Positions 39,201-47,094 of a stretch of 64,000 nt of DNA are shown here, piece by piece. Position 1 is the first letter of the stretch; every line of letters starts with the position of its first letter. The stretch is from Clostridia bacterium (GTDB lineage: Bacteria > Bacillota > Clostridia > UBA1212 > UBA1255), in the NCBI GenBank assembly GCA_017560765.1, contig JAFZEI010000015.1:397-64396 (forward strand), in the 5' to 3' direction. The notes below the pieces were generated by a model. The model saw only the letters and a list, made by a program, of their open reading frames with translations. It ran no database searches and was not told the DNA's origin. The position numbers and the translations under genes were made by a program.

Positions 39201-39854
39201 ACTACCTCTCAATACGGGATGTTCAGGATTGAGAGCTCTTTTACGGAATGCTGCTAAAGCGTCTTGATCGATCATTCCTTTGAGAACATCATAGTCCCAA
39301 GCTTCTATCTTTGAAATCTCATGAGAAGTACGGAAACCATCAAAGAAGTTAACAAACGGCACGCGACCTTTTATTGTTGAAAGGTGACAAACTGCACCTA
39401 AATCCATTACTTCTTGAGGATTTGTACAAGCCATCATTGCAAAACCTGTTTGACGGCAAGCATATACGTCTGAATGATCTCCGAAAATATTAAGTGCGTG
39501 TGATGCTACACATCTTGCTGATACGTGAATAACGCAAGGTAAAAGCTCACCGGCAATTTTATACATATTAGGAATCATCAGGAGTAAACCTTGTGAAGCA
39601 GTATAAGTTGTTGTAAGAGCTCCGGCTGCCAAGCTGCCATGTACAGTTCCGGCAGCACCTGCCTCTGACTGCATTTCCATAACTCTTACATTATCACCGA
39701 AAATATTCTTAAGGCCTGTTGCTGACCATGAGTCAGTAAGCTCAGCCATAACACTGGACGGTGTAATAGGATAAATACTTGCTACCTCTGTGAATGCATA
39801 ACTCACATGAGCGGCAGCTGTATTACCGTCCATTGAAATCTTTTTTCTTGCCAT
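36300..39854 (-). CDS. nifJ: Pyruvate:ferredoxin (flavodoxin) oxidoreductase
   Basis: 1184 aa. Collinear with single-chain PFOR: N-terminal ...ASIYPITPSS..., TPP-binding domain, two 4Fe-4S ferredoxin motifs (CIQCNQCAYVCPH; CMGCGLCVKVCP). Confidence 0.9.
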   Translation of the reverse strand: MARKKISMDGNTAAAHVSYAFTEVASIYPITPSSVMAELTDSWSATGLKNIFGDNVRVMEMQSEAGAAGTVHGSLAAGALTTTYTASQGLLLMIPNMYKIAGELLPCVIHVSARCVASHALNIFGDHSDVYACRQTGFAMMACTNPQEVMDLGAVCHLSTIKGRVPFVNFFDGFRTSHEISKIEAWDYDVLKGMIDQDALAAFRKRALNPEHPVLRGSAENGDIFFQHREACNKYYDALPAIVEEYMDKVNAEIGTNYKLFNYYGAPDADRVIVAMGSICDVAEEVIDYMLAQGEKVGLVKVRLYRPFSAEKLVEAIPATAKKIAVLDRTKEPGSLGEPLYLDVVTALATKGINAKVVGGRYGLGSKDTPPQSIFAVYENLKADEPKANFSIGIVDDVTNRSLEEKVAPDTAPAGTISCKFWGLGGDGTVGANKNSIKIIGDHTDKFIQAYFQYDSKKTGGVTISHLRFGDKAIKSSYYVTKADFVACHNPSYIVKGYKIVNDVKPGGIFLLNCQWTPEEVEKHLPAEAKKYIAENDVKFYIVNAIDKAREIGMGKRTNTILQSAFFALANIMPIEEAVDYMKAAAKKSYLKKGEAVVEMNYKAIDAGVDAIVKIDVPTSWKDAKSDAVASDVKSNRPEMVKFVNEILKPVGMMQGDSLPVSVFADMADGTFPQGSSAFEKRGVAVDVPEWIPENCIQCNQCAYVCPHATIRPFAMSKEEADAAPESTKKVQMKGKGCEEYTFTMSISPLDCMGCGLCVKVCPAKEKALKMVSQESQAAQQDAFDYTVATVTKKPTSFSDFTVKGSQFNQPLLEFSGSCAGCAETSYARLITQLFGERMYISNATGCSSIWGGSAPATPYTVNRDSGRGPAWGNSLFEDNAEHGLGMFLGQKAVRDRLIACVERIAGRTECAELKELCTAYLDTVDDGAANAVASEKLIAKLESIDCDCCERKEILSSKEFLAKKSVWIFGGDGWAYDIGFGGLDHVIASGEDVNIMVFDTEVYSNTGGQASKASRLGQVAQFAAAGKAIGKKNLAEIAMSYGYVYVAQIAMGADMNQTIKALKEAEAYKGPSIIIGYAPCEMHGVKGGMSNCQEEMKKAVAAGYWQTFRFNPELKAEGKNPLTIDCKAPTESYIAFIESETRYSRLKQQFPERAEKLFAEAEEEAKARYNRLLKMKDLYEVQE

Positions 39855-39856
39855 AA

Positions 39857-40801
39857 TTATTTTGCCTCCTTAGCTGCGAGAATTTTCTCTGCAATTGCTT
39901 CTGCGTTCAGGCCGTATTTTTCGAGAAGTGCTGCAGGAGTTCCTGACTTACCGAATTTCTCCTCAACACCAATCATTTTAACTTTGCAAGGATAGTTCTG
40001 TGAAAGAGCCTCACAAACTGCGCCACCTAAACCACCTGATATATTATGCTCTTCAACAGTTACAATAAAACCTGTTTCTTTAGCAGCTTTTACAAGAATT
40101 TCTGTATCTATAGGCTTAATTGTATGCATATCGATAACTCTTGCATTAACGCCTTTTTCATCAAGAATTTCTGCAGCCTTCAAAGACTCCTGTACCATAA
40201 GGCCTGTTGCTACGATTGTAAGATCAGTACCTTCTTTAATTTCTACACCCTTACCAACTTCAAATTTGAATGTTTCGGGATCATGTACAGCTTCTACGCC
40301 AAGTCTTCCGAGACGAACGTATACAGGACCATCATGCTCGATAGCTGCTTTAATAGCAAGCTTTGTCTCAATCTCATCGCAAGGACTGAGTACCAACATA
40401 TTGGGAAGTGCTCTCATTACAGCAAGATCCTCAATACACTGATGTGATGCACCATCTTCACCAACTGTAAGACCTGCGTGTGTTGCGCAAACTTTTACGT
40501 TAAGTTTCGGATAGCATATAGCATTACGAATCTGCTCACATGCACGTTCTGCTGCAAAAATAGCAAATGTGCTGGCGAAGACAATTTTGCCTGTTGAAGC
40601 AAGACCTGCTGCAACGCTCATCATATTGCCTTCTGCAATACCCATATTAAAATGTCTCTCAGGATATACTTTTTTAAATGTATCTGTTTTTGTTGATTTT
40701 GACAAGTCGGCGTCAAGAACAATAATTCTCTCGTCTGCACCAAACTCTGCCAATGCTTTACCGTAAGCTTCTCTAGTTGCTACTTTACCCATTATTTTCA
40801 A
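39857..40801 (-). CDS. Transketolase, C-terminal (pyrimidine-binding) subunit
   Basis: 314 aa. ...HFNMGIAEGNMMSVAAGLA... typical of split transketolase TktB. Confidence 0.85.
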   Translation of the reverse strand: MKIMGKVATREAYGKALAEFGADERIIVLDADLSKSTKTDTFKKVYPERHFNMGIAEGNMMSVAAGLASTGKIVFASTFAIFAAERACEQIRNAICYPKLNVKVCATHAGLTVGEDGASHQCIEDLAVMRALPNMLVLSPCDEIETKLAIKAAIEHDGPVYVRLGRLGVEAVHDPETFKFEVGKGVEIKEGTDLTIVATGLMVQESLKAAEILDEKGVNARVIDMHTIKPIDTEILVKAAKETGFIVTVEEHNISGGLGGAVCEALSQNYPCKVKMIGVEEKFGKSGTPAALLEKYGLNAEAIAEKILAAKEAK

Positions 40802-41658
40802 GCCTCCTCTGCGATTTCTTTATCGATTTTAGCCATAAGGGCATCAAGCTCTGAAATAGCCTGATCTCTCTGCTCCTGATTAGGTGCTGTACCGTGCCAT
40901 GCATAATTATTCTCCATGAAAGAAACACCCTTACCCTTTACACAGTGGCAAACAACCATTGTAGGCTTGCCTTTAACTGTCTTAGCTGTCTCGATGGCAT
41001 TTTTAATTTGCTCGTGATCATGTCCGTCTACGGAAATAACATTCCAACCGAAAGCTGCAAACTTGTCCGCAATCGGCTCAGGATTCATAACGTCTGTAAT
41101 ATTACCGTCAATTTGGAGTCCGTTATAATCAACGAAAGCTGTAAGGTTATCAAGTTTATAATGAGCGCCTGCCATAGCAGCCTCCCAAACCTGACCTTCT
41201 TCAATTTCTCCATCGCCGAGAATTGAGTATACTCTGTAATCTTTCTTGTCAATTTTTCCTGCAAGAGCCATACCTACAGCAGTAGAAATTCCCTGACCCA
41301 ATGAACCTGTTGACATATCAACTCCGGGAACGTAAGTCATGTTAGGATGTCCTTCTAAATAGCTGTCTACCTTACGGAATGTGTATAAATCCTCCTCAGG
41401 GAAGAAGCCCTTTACTGCAAGGGTTGCGTAAAGTGCAGGTGCACAGTGACCCTTTGAAAGAACAAATCTGTCTCTGTTGGGATCCTTAGGATTCTTTGTG
41501 TCAACTCTCATTTCAGCAAAATACAGTGTAGTAAAAATATCTGTACATGAGAGTGATCCGCCCGGATGTCCGGACTTTGCAGAAAATACTTCTTCTATAA
41601 TGTATTTTCTGATTTGAGTAGCTTTTTTCTGTAAATCAAGCTTTGTGCGCTTGTCCAT
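40798..41658 (-). CDS. Transketolase, N-terminal (TPP-binding) subunit
   Basis: 286 aa. GHPGGSLS...GDGE..EG motifs. 4-nt overlap with C-terminal subunit gene. Confidence 0.85.
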   Translation of the reverse strand: MDKRTKLDLQKKATQIRKYIIEEVFSAKSGHPGGSLSCTDIFTTLYFAEMRVDTKNPKDPNRDRFVLSKGHCAPALYATLAVKGFFPEEDLYTFRKVDSYLEGHPNMTYVPGVDMSTGSLGQGISTAVGMALAGKIDKKDYRVYSILGDGEIEEGQVWEAAMAGAHYKLDNLTAFVDYNGLQIDGNITDVMNPEPIADKFAAFGWNVISVDGHDHEQIKNAIETAKTVKGKPTMVVCHCVKGKGVSFMENNYAWHGTAPNQEQRDQAISELDALMAKIDKEIAEEA

Positions 41659-41745
41659 GATGTAATCTCCTCCATATCATAAAATTATTTAAATATAGCA
41701 TGAATTATAATAAACTGCCGAAGCAATCATTAACATAAATATAAA

Positions 41746-42198
41746 TTAGTTTCTGCCTTCTATTTCTGTGATAGTATCAAGTCTAACCTGATGTCTGCCA
41801 CCTTCAAATTCAGCATTTACCCACTCATCAACTATCATTTTGGCAAGCTCTGTTCCTACAACACGAGCGCCAAAGCAAAGAATGTTTGAATTATTGTGAA
41901 TCTTAGAAAGCTTTGCCGAAAAAGGTTCTGAACAAACTGCTGCCCTTATACCATTAACCTTATTTGCAGCAATGGAAATACCGATTCCCGTACCGCATAT
42001 AAGTATACCTCTTTCACATTCTCCCGAAGCAACAGCATTAGCCACCTCTTCTGCCTTTGCTGCATAATTGCTGGCAGTGGTAGATTCTGTGCCAAAATCT
42101 TTAACTTCTATTCCCTTCGATTCGAGATGTGCTTTAATAACTTCTTTAAGTGCTACCGCACTGTGATCGTTTCCTATTGCGTACATTTCTCTCTTCAA
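41746..42198 (-). CDS. rpiB: Ribose-5-phosphate isomerase B
   Basis: 150 aa. RpiB/LacAB family with ILICGTGIG motif. Confidence 0.85.
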   Translation of the reverse strand: MKREMYAIGNDHSAVALKEVIKAHLESKGIEVKDFGTESTTASNYAAKAEEVANAVASGECERGILICGTGIGISIAANKVNGIRAAVCSEPFSAKLSKIHNNSNILCFGARVVGTELAKMIVDEWVNAEFEGGRHQVRLDTITEIEGRN

Positions 42199-42285
42199 GC
42201 CTCCTATTGTTTTTTTACAGTCTTATACAGAAGCTTTACACTTCTTTCCAATTTATTATTATACACCCTCAGCTTTTAAAATTCA

Positions 42286-42320
42286 ATTAAAAAAAGACAG
42301 TTTCGCGGGAAACTGTCTTT
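42286..42320 (-). terminator. Rho-independent terminator of the TD-repeat surface protein gene
   Basis: 12-bp stem AAAGACAGTTTC / GAAACTGTCTTT, loop GCGG (CCGC on minus), followed on minus strand by a T-run (plus A-run 42289-42295). Confidence 0.55.
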
Positions 42321-42343
42321 TAAAAACACGCTATTTTAACAGA

Positions 42344-43108
42344 TTATGCAAAAATCTTCTTTTTTGCAACTACAGTCAATGCCAAGGCAGCAATTACAAC
42401 CAAGAAAACAACACTTACATCTCCTGAATTGGGATTCTTGTTGGGATCTTGTGGCTTTGTTTCGTCTTTATCTGTGTCTGTATTTGTATCTTTATCTGTA
42501 TCTGTGTCTGTGTCGGCATCATTATCTGTATCGCCCTCACCTGCGGAAATATATGCCTGAGCTTCTTCCACAGTTTTAAACATAGCTACCCAGTCAACAT
42601 CAACTACCGCACCGCTTGCGTTTACAGGATCAATTCTAAACCATTTTACTTCGTCTACCCACTTGTCTAATGATGATCCGTCAGCAATTACATACTGCCA
42701 GTCAGTATTCTCTGCATCAATATCTCCTGTGGCACAAGCAGCTCCGCCTTTGATAAGAATCTGAAGTCTCATATTGTCTGCAGGAGTTACAATTCTCATT
42801 TTTGCAACAACTACCTTGAGAGTATTACAATCAATCGGATCTAATCCCGCACTTGTAATATCTCCTGCATGAGCGCCGGCTGATGATGTACCGGGATAAA
42901 TATATCCGTCTCCGCTCTTATCAGTTAAAGTAACATATTCATCCTCTACTTTAATTGTAGAAACAGTAGGTATTGTAAGACCTTCATCTGCGCCTTGCTC
43001 TGCACTACCTAAATCCCAAAACCATCCCGGTTCTGCTGCGAAAGCCGGAACAACACTTGCACTTAAAATAAGTACAACCATAATCATTAAAGCAACTAAT
43101 TTTTTCAT
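42344..43108 (-). CDS. Membrane-anchored surface protein: signal peptide, about 170-aa beta-rich domain, acidic (Asp-Thr)n linker, C-terminal TM anchor + KKK stop-transfer
   Basis: 254 aa. MKKLVALMIMVVLILSASVVPAFA signal. DTDNDADTDTDTDKDTNTDTDKDETKPQD linker. VVFLVVIAALALTVVAKKKIFA anchor. Confidence 0.5.
   Translation of the reverse strand: MKKLVALMIMVVLILSASVVPAFAAEPGWFWDLGSAEQGADEGLTIPTVSTIKVEDEYVTLTDKSGDGYIYPGTSSAGAHAGDITSAGLDPIDCNTLKVVVAKMRIVTPADNMRLQILIKGGAACATGDIDAENTDWQYVIADGSSLDKWVDEVKWFRIDPVNASGAVVDVDWVAMFKTVEEAQAYISAGEGDTDNDADTDTDTDKDTNTDTDKDETKPQDPNKNPNSGDVSVVFLVVIAALALTVVAKKKIFA
42465..42535. repeat. Imperfect tandem 6-8 nt repeat (GTATCTGT / GTCTGT units) encoding the (Asp-Thr)n linker
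   Basis: tctttatctgtgtctgtatttgtatctttatctgtatctgtgtctgtgtcggcatcattatctgtatc. In-frame hexanucleotide periodicity. Explains spurious plus-strand ORFs 42346-42670. Confidence 0.6.
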
Positions 43109-43251
43109 TTTTGCCTCCTCCTAATTTTTAAAAATTATCTAATCTAGATTCATAATCCACAGTATATTTCAATGCATCGGATATGTCAATTGTAATTTTT
43201 TTCTTCGATTTGCATATACTTACAATAAAACTATAGGAGAAGAAGATATTT

Positions 43252-44127
43252 ATGAAAGATGGATACTATTACTTTTTACCTGCCTATTTAGAAAAGGAAA
43301 AATCTAACAAATATGAAGCTGACAAGTCTTTAGGATATATTTCAATCACATGTGCTCCCGATCGGCATGTTTTTTCTATTCAATGTAGTCTAAACAAAGA
43401 TAAAATTCAGGCTATTGCCAACAGACGCACTCCGATTGAGCTTTACATAAGTCCCGTAACTTATGTAACAAACACATCTGTGTATATCGGTCGCTTTTCT
43501 CTCTCTTCTAAAAATCATTTGTTTTTAGACGCCTCCTTATCAAGCAGGCAAATACTTCCGGAAGAAGACAACCAATACATAATTGTCACTTCCGGCGGCA
43601 GAACATTGATATACTCTCTCATACAAGAAAAACGTCCCGAACCGGTTATAACCGATGAGACTCATTCTGCAAATACCTTCGGAGAAATATTTGATCCTTT
43701 TAACACTACCAATCCTGCCTATAAATGGTTTATACATTATGCCAAAAGCCAAGGCGAGCTGGAAAGAATATTCCGTACATTAAAAATACACCCGGAAATG
43801 TTCGGGAAAATTAATAACTATAATACCGGATTTTCGTCTGATACATTCATTAAAACGGCATACTACGCTCTTCGCGTAACAGGGCACATTTTGCGAGGTG
43901 AATACAGCGATCCGATAAGTGATAGATTTTTTACAGTTATAGGCTTACCCGGCTGGAATATTCGAAACAGAAAAAAATCCGCCCCTTCCATTCGCATATA
44001 CGCTCGCTGGATTACAGCCCAAAACAAGCCTGCAAAGCTTAACGCCGGCAACTACAATGGATATTGGCTATATTACTTTGATAAAGAAACGGGTTATCCT
44101 GTAAAAGCCGTTCTTAAAAATAATTAA
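43252..44127 (+). CDS. Hypothetical protein (no recognisable domain)
   Basis: 291 aa, no signal peptide or TM. Stop overlaps the spmB stop codon region convergently (44124-44127). Confidence 0.45.
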   Translation: MKDGYYYFLPAYLEKEKSNKYEADKSLGYISITCAPDRHVFSIQCSLNKDKIQAIANRRTPIELYISPVTYVTNTSVYIGRFSLSSKNHLFLDASLSSRQILPEEDNQYIIVTSGGRTLIYSLIQEKRPEPVITDETHSANTFGEIFDPFNTTNPAYKWFIHYAKSQGELERIFRTLKIHPEMFGKINNYNTGFSSDTFIKTAYYALRVTGHILRGEYSDPISDRFFTVIGLPGWNIRNRKKSAPSIRIYARWITAQNKPAKLNAGNYNGYWLYYFDKETGYPVKAVLKNN

Positions 44128-44627
44128 AGAAACATGCATACTATTCCGGCTGATATTGCCGAAATAAAATTTGCTGTTAATGCTGCCGGAAGTACTCCCG
44201 GCAATTTTCTTATTTTTGTTTTCTCTGTATACACTGCCATTGTGTAAAATATTGTTTCTGTAGAGCCCATCATTACACAAGCCGTTCTTGCTTCGTATGA
44301 ATCCGCTCCGCATTTTGTCATTATATCTCTCAATGTTGCTAAGGACGCACTGCCCGAAACCGGTCTTATAAGCACAAGAGGAAAAATTTCTCCGTTTATT
44401 CCTATTTTCTTTAGGACAGGTGATGCAAAATCCACTAAAAACTCTAATATTCCCGAATCTCTGAAAACTCCTATTGCTACAATTAAGCCTATTAAGGAGG
44501 GAACTAATTTTATTATTGTCACTGCACCGTCTTTTGCGCCTTTTACAAAACTGTCAAAGCACGCCACCCCTTTTATAAAACCTATGATAACTATTATTAA
44601 AACAAATACAGGCAATATGTATGTCAT
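44124..44627 (-). CDS. spmB: Spore maturation protein B (nucleoside-recognition/Gate domain)
   Basis: 167 aa polytopic membrane protein. Pairs with spmA by 4-nt overlap. Confidence 0.7.
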   Translation of the reverse strand: MTYILPVFVLIIVIIGFIKGVACFDSFVKGAKDGAVTIIKLVPSLIGLIVAIGVFRDSGILEFLVDFASPVLKKIGINGEIFPLVLIRPVSGSASLATLRDIMTKCGADSYEARTACVMMGSTETIFYTMAVYTEKTKIRKLPGVLPAALTANFISAISAGIVCMFL

Positions 44628-45208
44628 ACTTTTCCCCCTTTTCGAAAAAACAACTTATTGCATATCACAAAAACAGTTAAAGAAAAAATCATCGAAACTA
44701 TAGAAACTATCCATGTTGGGATTAAAATATCCACAGGGGCAGAGGCACCTAATTCTGCACGCATCGCAATAACTGTAGTTGGGAGTAATTGAATTCCTGC
44801 AGAATTTATTACAAGAAACAAACAAACATCTTTTATGTTATTTTGCATTTCAGCAACTGCCTCTATTCCTGAAGGTGTCGCTCCGTTTCCTAATCCAAGA
44901 AAATTTGCAGCAAAATTTGTAACAATTGCATTTTGCGCTTTTTCATTCTTTCTTGCAGACGGAAAAAGGCTCGATATTATAGGTTTAACAATTTTCGAAA
45001 ACCATTTTACAGCCCCTGCATCTTCAAGTATTTTTATAATCCCACACCAAAGGGAAACAATTCCAATTAGCCCCACCGCAAATTCTACTGCCTCCTTTGC
45101 CGACGATATAATGCTGTTCATAATCATATCTGTCTTACCCAAAGCAATGCTTCCTCCGATACCAATTATCATAAGCAGAACCCATATAATATTAAGCATT
45201 TTCATCAC
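44624..45208 (-). CDS. spmA: Spore maturation protein A
   Basis: 194 aa. ...NFAANFLGLGNGATPSGIEAVAEMQ... matches SpmA (Gate-domain) family. Confidence 0.7.
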   Translation of the reverse strand: MMKMLNIIWVLLMIIGIGGSIALGKTDMIMNSIISSAKEAVEFAVGLIGIVSLWCGIIKILEDAGAVKWFSKIVKPIISSLFPSARKNEKAQNAIVTNFAANFLGLGNGATPSGIEAVAEMQNNIKDVCLFLVINSAGIQLLPTTVIAMRAELGASAPVDILIPTWIVSIVSMIFSLTVFVICNKLFFRKGGKV

Positions 45209-45313
45209 CTCTAAATCGAAACATCTTTTTAAATATATGTTTCCTTATTCGGTTATATGCACTTTTGGTTTTCCATTTTTTGGCAAATAGCACGGGAAAT
45301 ATTTCCCATAAAT

Positions 45314-45342
45314 TTGACATTATTCAACAATTTTGTTAATAT
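45314..45342 (+). promoter_or_regulatory. SigmaA-type promoter of the abrB-like gene (-35 TTGACA 45314-45319, 17 nt, -10 TAATAT 45337-45342)
   Basis: Consensus -35, optimal spacer, 5/6 -10. About 45 nt upstream of ATG 45390 with AGGAGG RBS. Confidence 0.45.
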
Positions 45343-45389
45343 TTCGTCACATTCAGTTGAATGTTTTTTCTATATAAGGAGGTAAAAAA

Positions 45390-45650
45390 ATGAAATCAAC
45401 AGGAATTGTAAGAAGAGTAGACAAATTAGGACGCATAGTAATTCCAATGGAGTTAAGAAAGGTGTTGAATATTTCAAATCGCGATGCAATAGAAATATTT
45501 TCTCAAGATAATACACTCATATTAAGAAAATATGAGCCTTCATGTATTTTTTGCGGTAACGCCACAAATGTAACAACATACAAGGGCATTAATATATGTC
45601 CGGAATGCATCATGAGGATGCAAAAATATATAAAAAAGAACGCAGTTTAA
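45390..45650 (+). CDS. AbrB/MazE/SpoVT-type swapped-hairpin transcriptional regulator with C-terminal Cys4 zinc-ribbon
   Basis: 86 aa. N-terminal MKSTGIVRRVDKLGRIVIPMELRKVLNI...AIEIF...LILRKY is a near-consensus AbrB N-domain. C-terminal CIFCGN...CPEC replaces the usual AbrB C-domain. Confidence 0.7.
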   Translation: MKSTGIVRRVDKLGRIVIPMELRKVLNISNRDAIEIFSQDNTLILRKYEPSCIFCGNATNVTTYKGINICPECIMRMQKYIKKNAV

Positions 45651-45699
45651 TAGTTTCCCCCAACTGTTCTCCCTCTGTTGTCTTTTCGTTCAAGGCAAC

Positions 45700-45747
45700 A
45701 AAAAAGCCCTTGAAATTATCAATCGATAATTCAAGGGCATTTTTTTA
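45700..45747. terminator. Bidirectional intrinsic terminator between abrB-like gene (+) and tuf (-)
   Basis: A6 - GCCCTTGAAATTATC aatc GATAATTCAAGGGC - T7. 14-bp perfect stem. Confidence 0.6.
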
Positions 45748-45770
45748 TTATCTAGTAATATTATTTAATA

Positions 45771-46979
45771 TTATTCAATAATTTTAGCAACAGCGCCGGC
45801 ACCAACTGTTCTACCACCTTCACGGATAGCGAAACGGAGACCTTCTTCCATAGCGATAGGAGTGATAAGTTTAACTTCCATCTCGATGTTATCACCGGGC
45901 ATTACCATTTCTACTCCCTCAGGAAGTTGGATAACACCTGTAACGTCTGTTGTTCTGAAGTAGAACTGAGGTCTGTAATTGCTGAAGAATGGTGAGTGAC
46001 GTCCACCCTCATCCTTAGTCAATACGTAAACTTGACCTTTGAAGTGTGTATGAGGTTGAATTGTACCGGGTTTAACAAGAACCTGTCCTCTTTCGATTTC
46101 TGTTCTCTGAATACCTCTTAAGAGTACACCGATGTTGTCGCCTGCTTCAGCTTGATCGAGTTGTTTACGGAACATCTCAACACCTGTTACAACTGTGCTC
46201 AACTTCTCATCGCTGAGACCAACGATTTCTGCAGGATCACCAACTTTGATAACACCTCTTTCAAGACGACCTGTAGCAACAGTACCACGTCCTGTGATTG
46301 TGAATACGTCCTCAACAGGCATAAGGAAAGGCTTATCTGTAGGTCTCTCAGGTGTAGGAATGTAGCTGTCTACAGCATCCATAAGCTCTTTGATGCAAGC
46401 GTACTCAGGTGCATTTGAATCAGAATTTGCGCACTGGAGAGCTGTAAGAGCAGAACCTCTGATAATCGGAATCTCATCTCCGGGGAACTCATATGAGCTG
46501 AGAAGCTCTCTGATTTCCATCTCAGCGAGGTCGAGGAGCTCTTCGTCGCCTTCGTCGATCATGTCACATTTGTTCATGAATACAACGATGTAAGGAACGC
46601 CAACCTGACGAGCAAGAAGAATGTGCTCTCTTGTCTGAGCCTGCGGGCCATCAGGACCTGAAACGAGAAGGATAGCACCGTCCATCTGAGCTGCACCTGT
46701 GATCATGTTCTTAACATAGTCAGCATGTCCGGGGCAGTCAACGTGAGCATAGTGTCTTGTAGCTGTCTCATACTCAACGTGTGCTGTATTAATAGTAATA
46801 CCTCTTTCTCTCTCCTCGGGAGCGCCGTCGATTTCGTCATATGCTTTTGCTTCAGCAGCACCGTCTAAAGAAAGAGTCTTTGTGATAGCGGCAGTCAATG
46901 TTGTCTTACCGTGGTCAACGTGACCAATTGTACCGATATTTACGTGGGGTTTTGTTCTTACGAACTTAGCTTTTGCCAT
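45771..46979 (-). CDS. tuf: Elongation factor Tu
   Basis: 402 aa, [33 protein letters not shown]... Confidence 0.95.
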   Translation of the reverse strand: MAKAKFVRTKPHVNIGTIGHVDHGKTTLTAAITKTLSLDGAAEAKAYDEIDGAPEERERGITINTAHVEYETATRHYAHVDCPGHADYVKNMITGAAQMDGAILLVSGPDGPQAQTREHILLARQVGVPYIVVFMNKCDMIDEGDEELLDLAEMEIRELLSSYEFPGDEIPIIRGSALTALQCANSDSNAPEYACIKELMDAVDSYIPTPERPTDKPFLMPVEDVFTITGRGTVATGRLERGVIKVGDPAEIVGLSDEKLSTVVTGVEMFRKQLDQAEAGDNIGVLLRGIQRTEIERGQVLVKPGTIQPHTHFKGQVYVLTKDEGGRHSPFFSNYRPQFYFRTTDVTGVIQLPEGVEMVMPGDNIEMEVKLITPIAMEEGLRFAIREGGRTVGAGAVAKIIE

Positions 46980-47037
46980 TTTAAATCCTCCTTAAATAAT
47001 AAAATAATCAAAATAATTGAAAATGTGTCCTTTTTGT

Positions 47038-47066
47038 ATATTACACTTTTTCATTTTTTTTTGCAA
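47038..47066 (-). promoter_or_regulatory. Candidate tuf-specific internal promoter in fusA-tuf spacer (-35 TTGCAA 47061-47066, 17 nt, -10 TAATAT 47038-47043)
   Basis: Read on minus strand. About 50-nt leader to tuf ATG with AAGGAGG RBS. Confidence 0.4.
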
Positions 47067-47094
47067 GTATATTTTTGTGCTTGTAAATCAAGCA

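Noticed and set aside
42346-42670. Plus-strand ORFs (77 and 73 aa) with CLYLYLYL / CVCICIFICICVCV translations
   Set aside because: These are mirror-strand translations of the (Asp-Thr)n-encoding tandem repeat. The region is not a CRISPR array, since the units are 6-8 nt and coding.
47071-47094. 6-bp hairpin TGCTTG/CAAGCA just after fusA stop as a terminator
   Set aside because: It has no T-tract and the stem is too short. The fusA-tuf spacer instead contains a tuf promoter.
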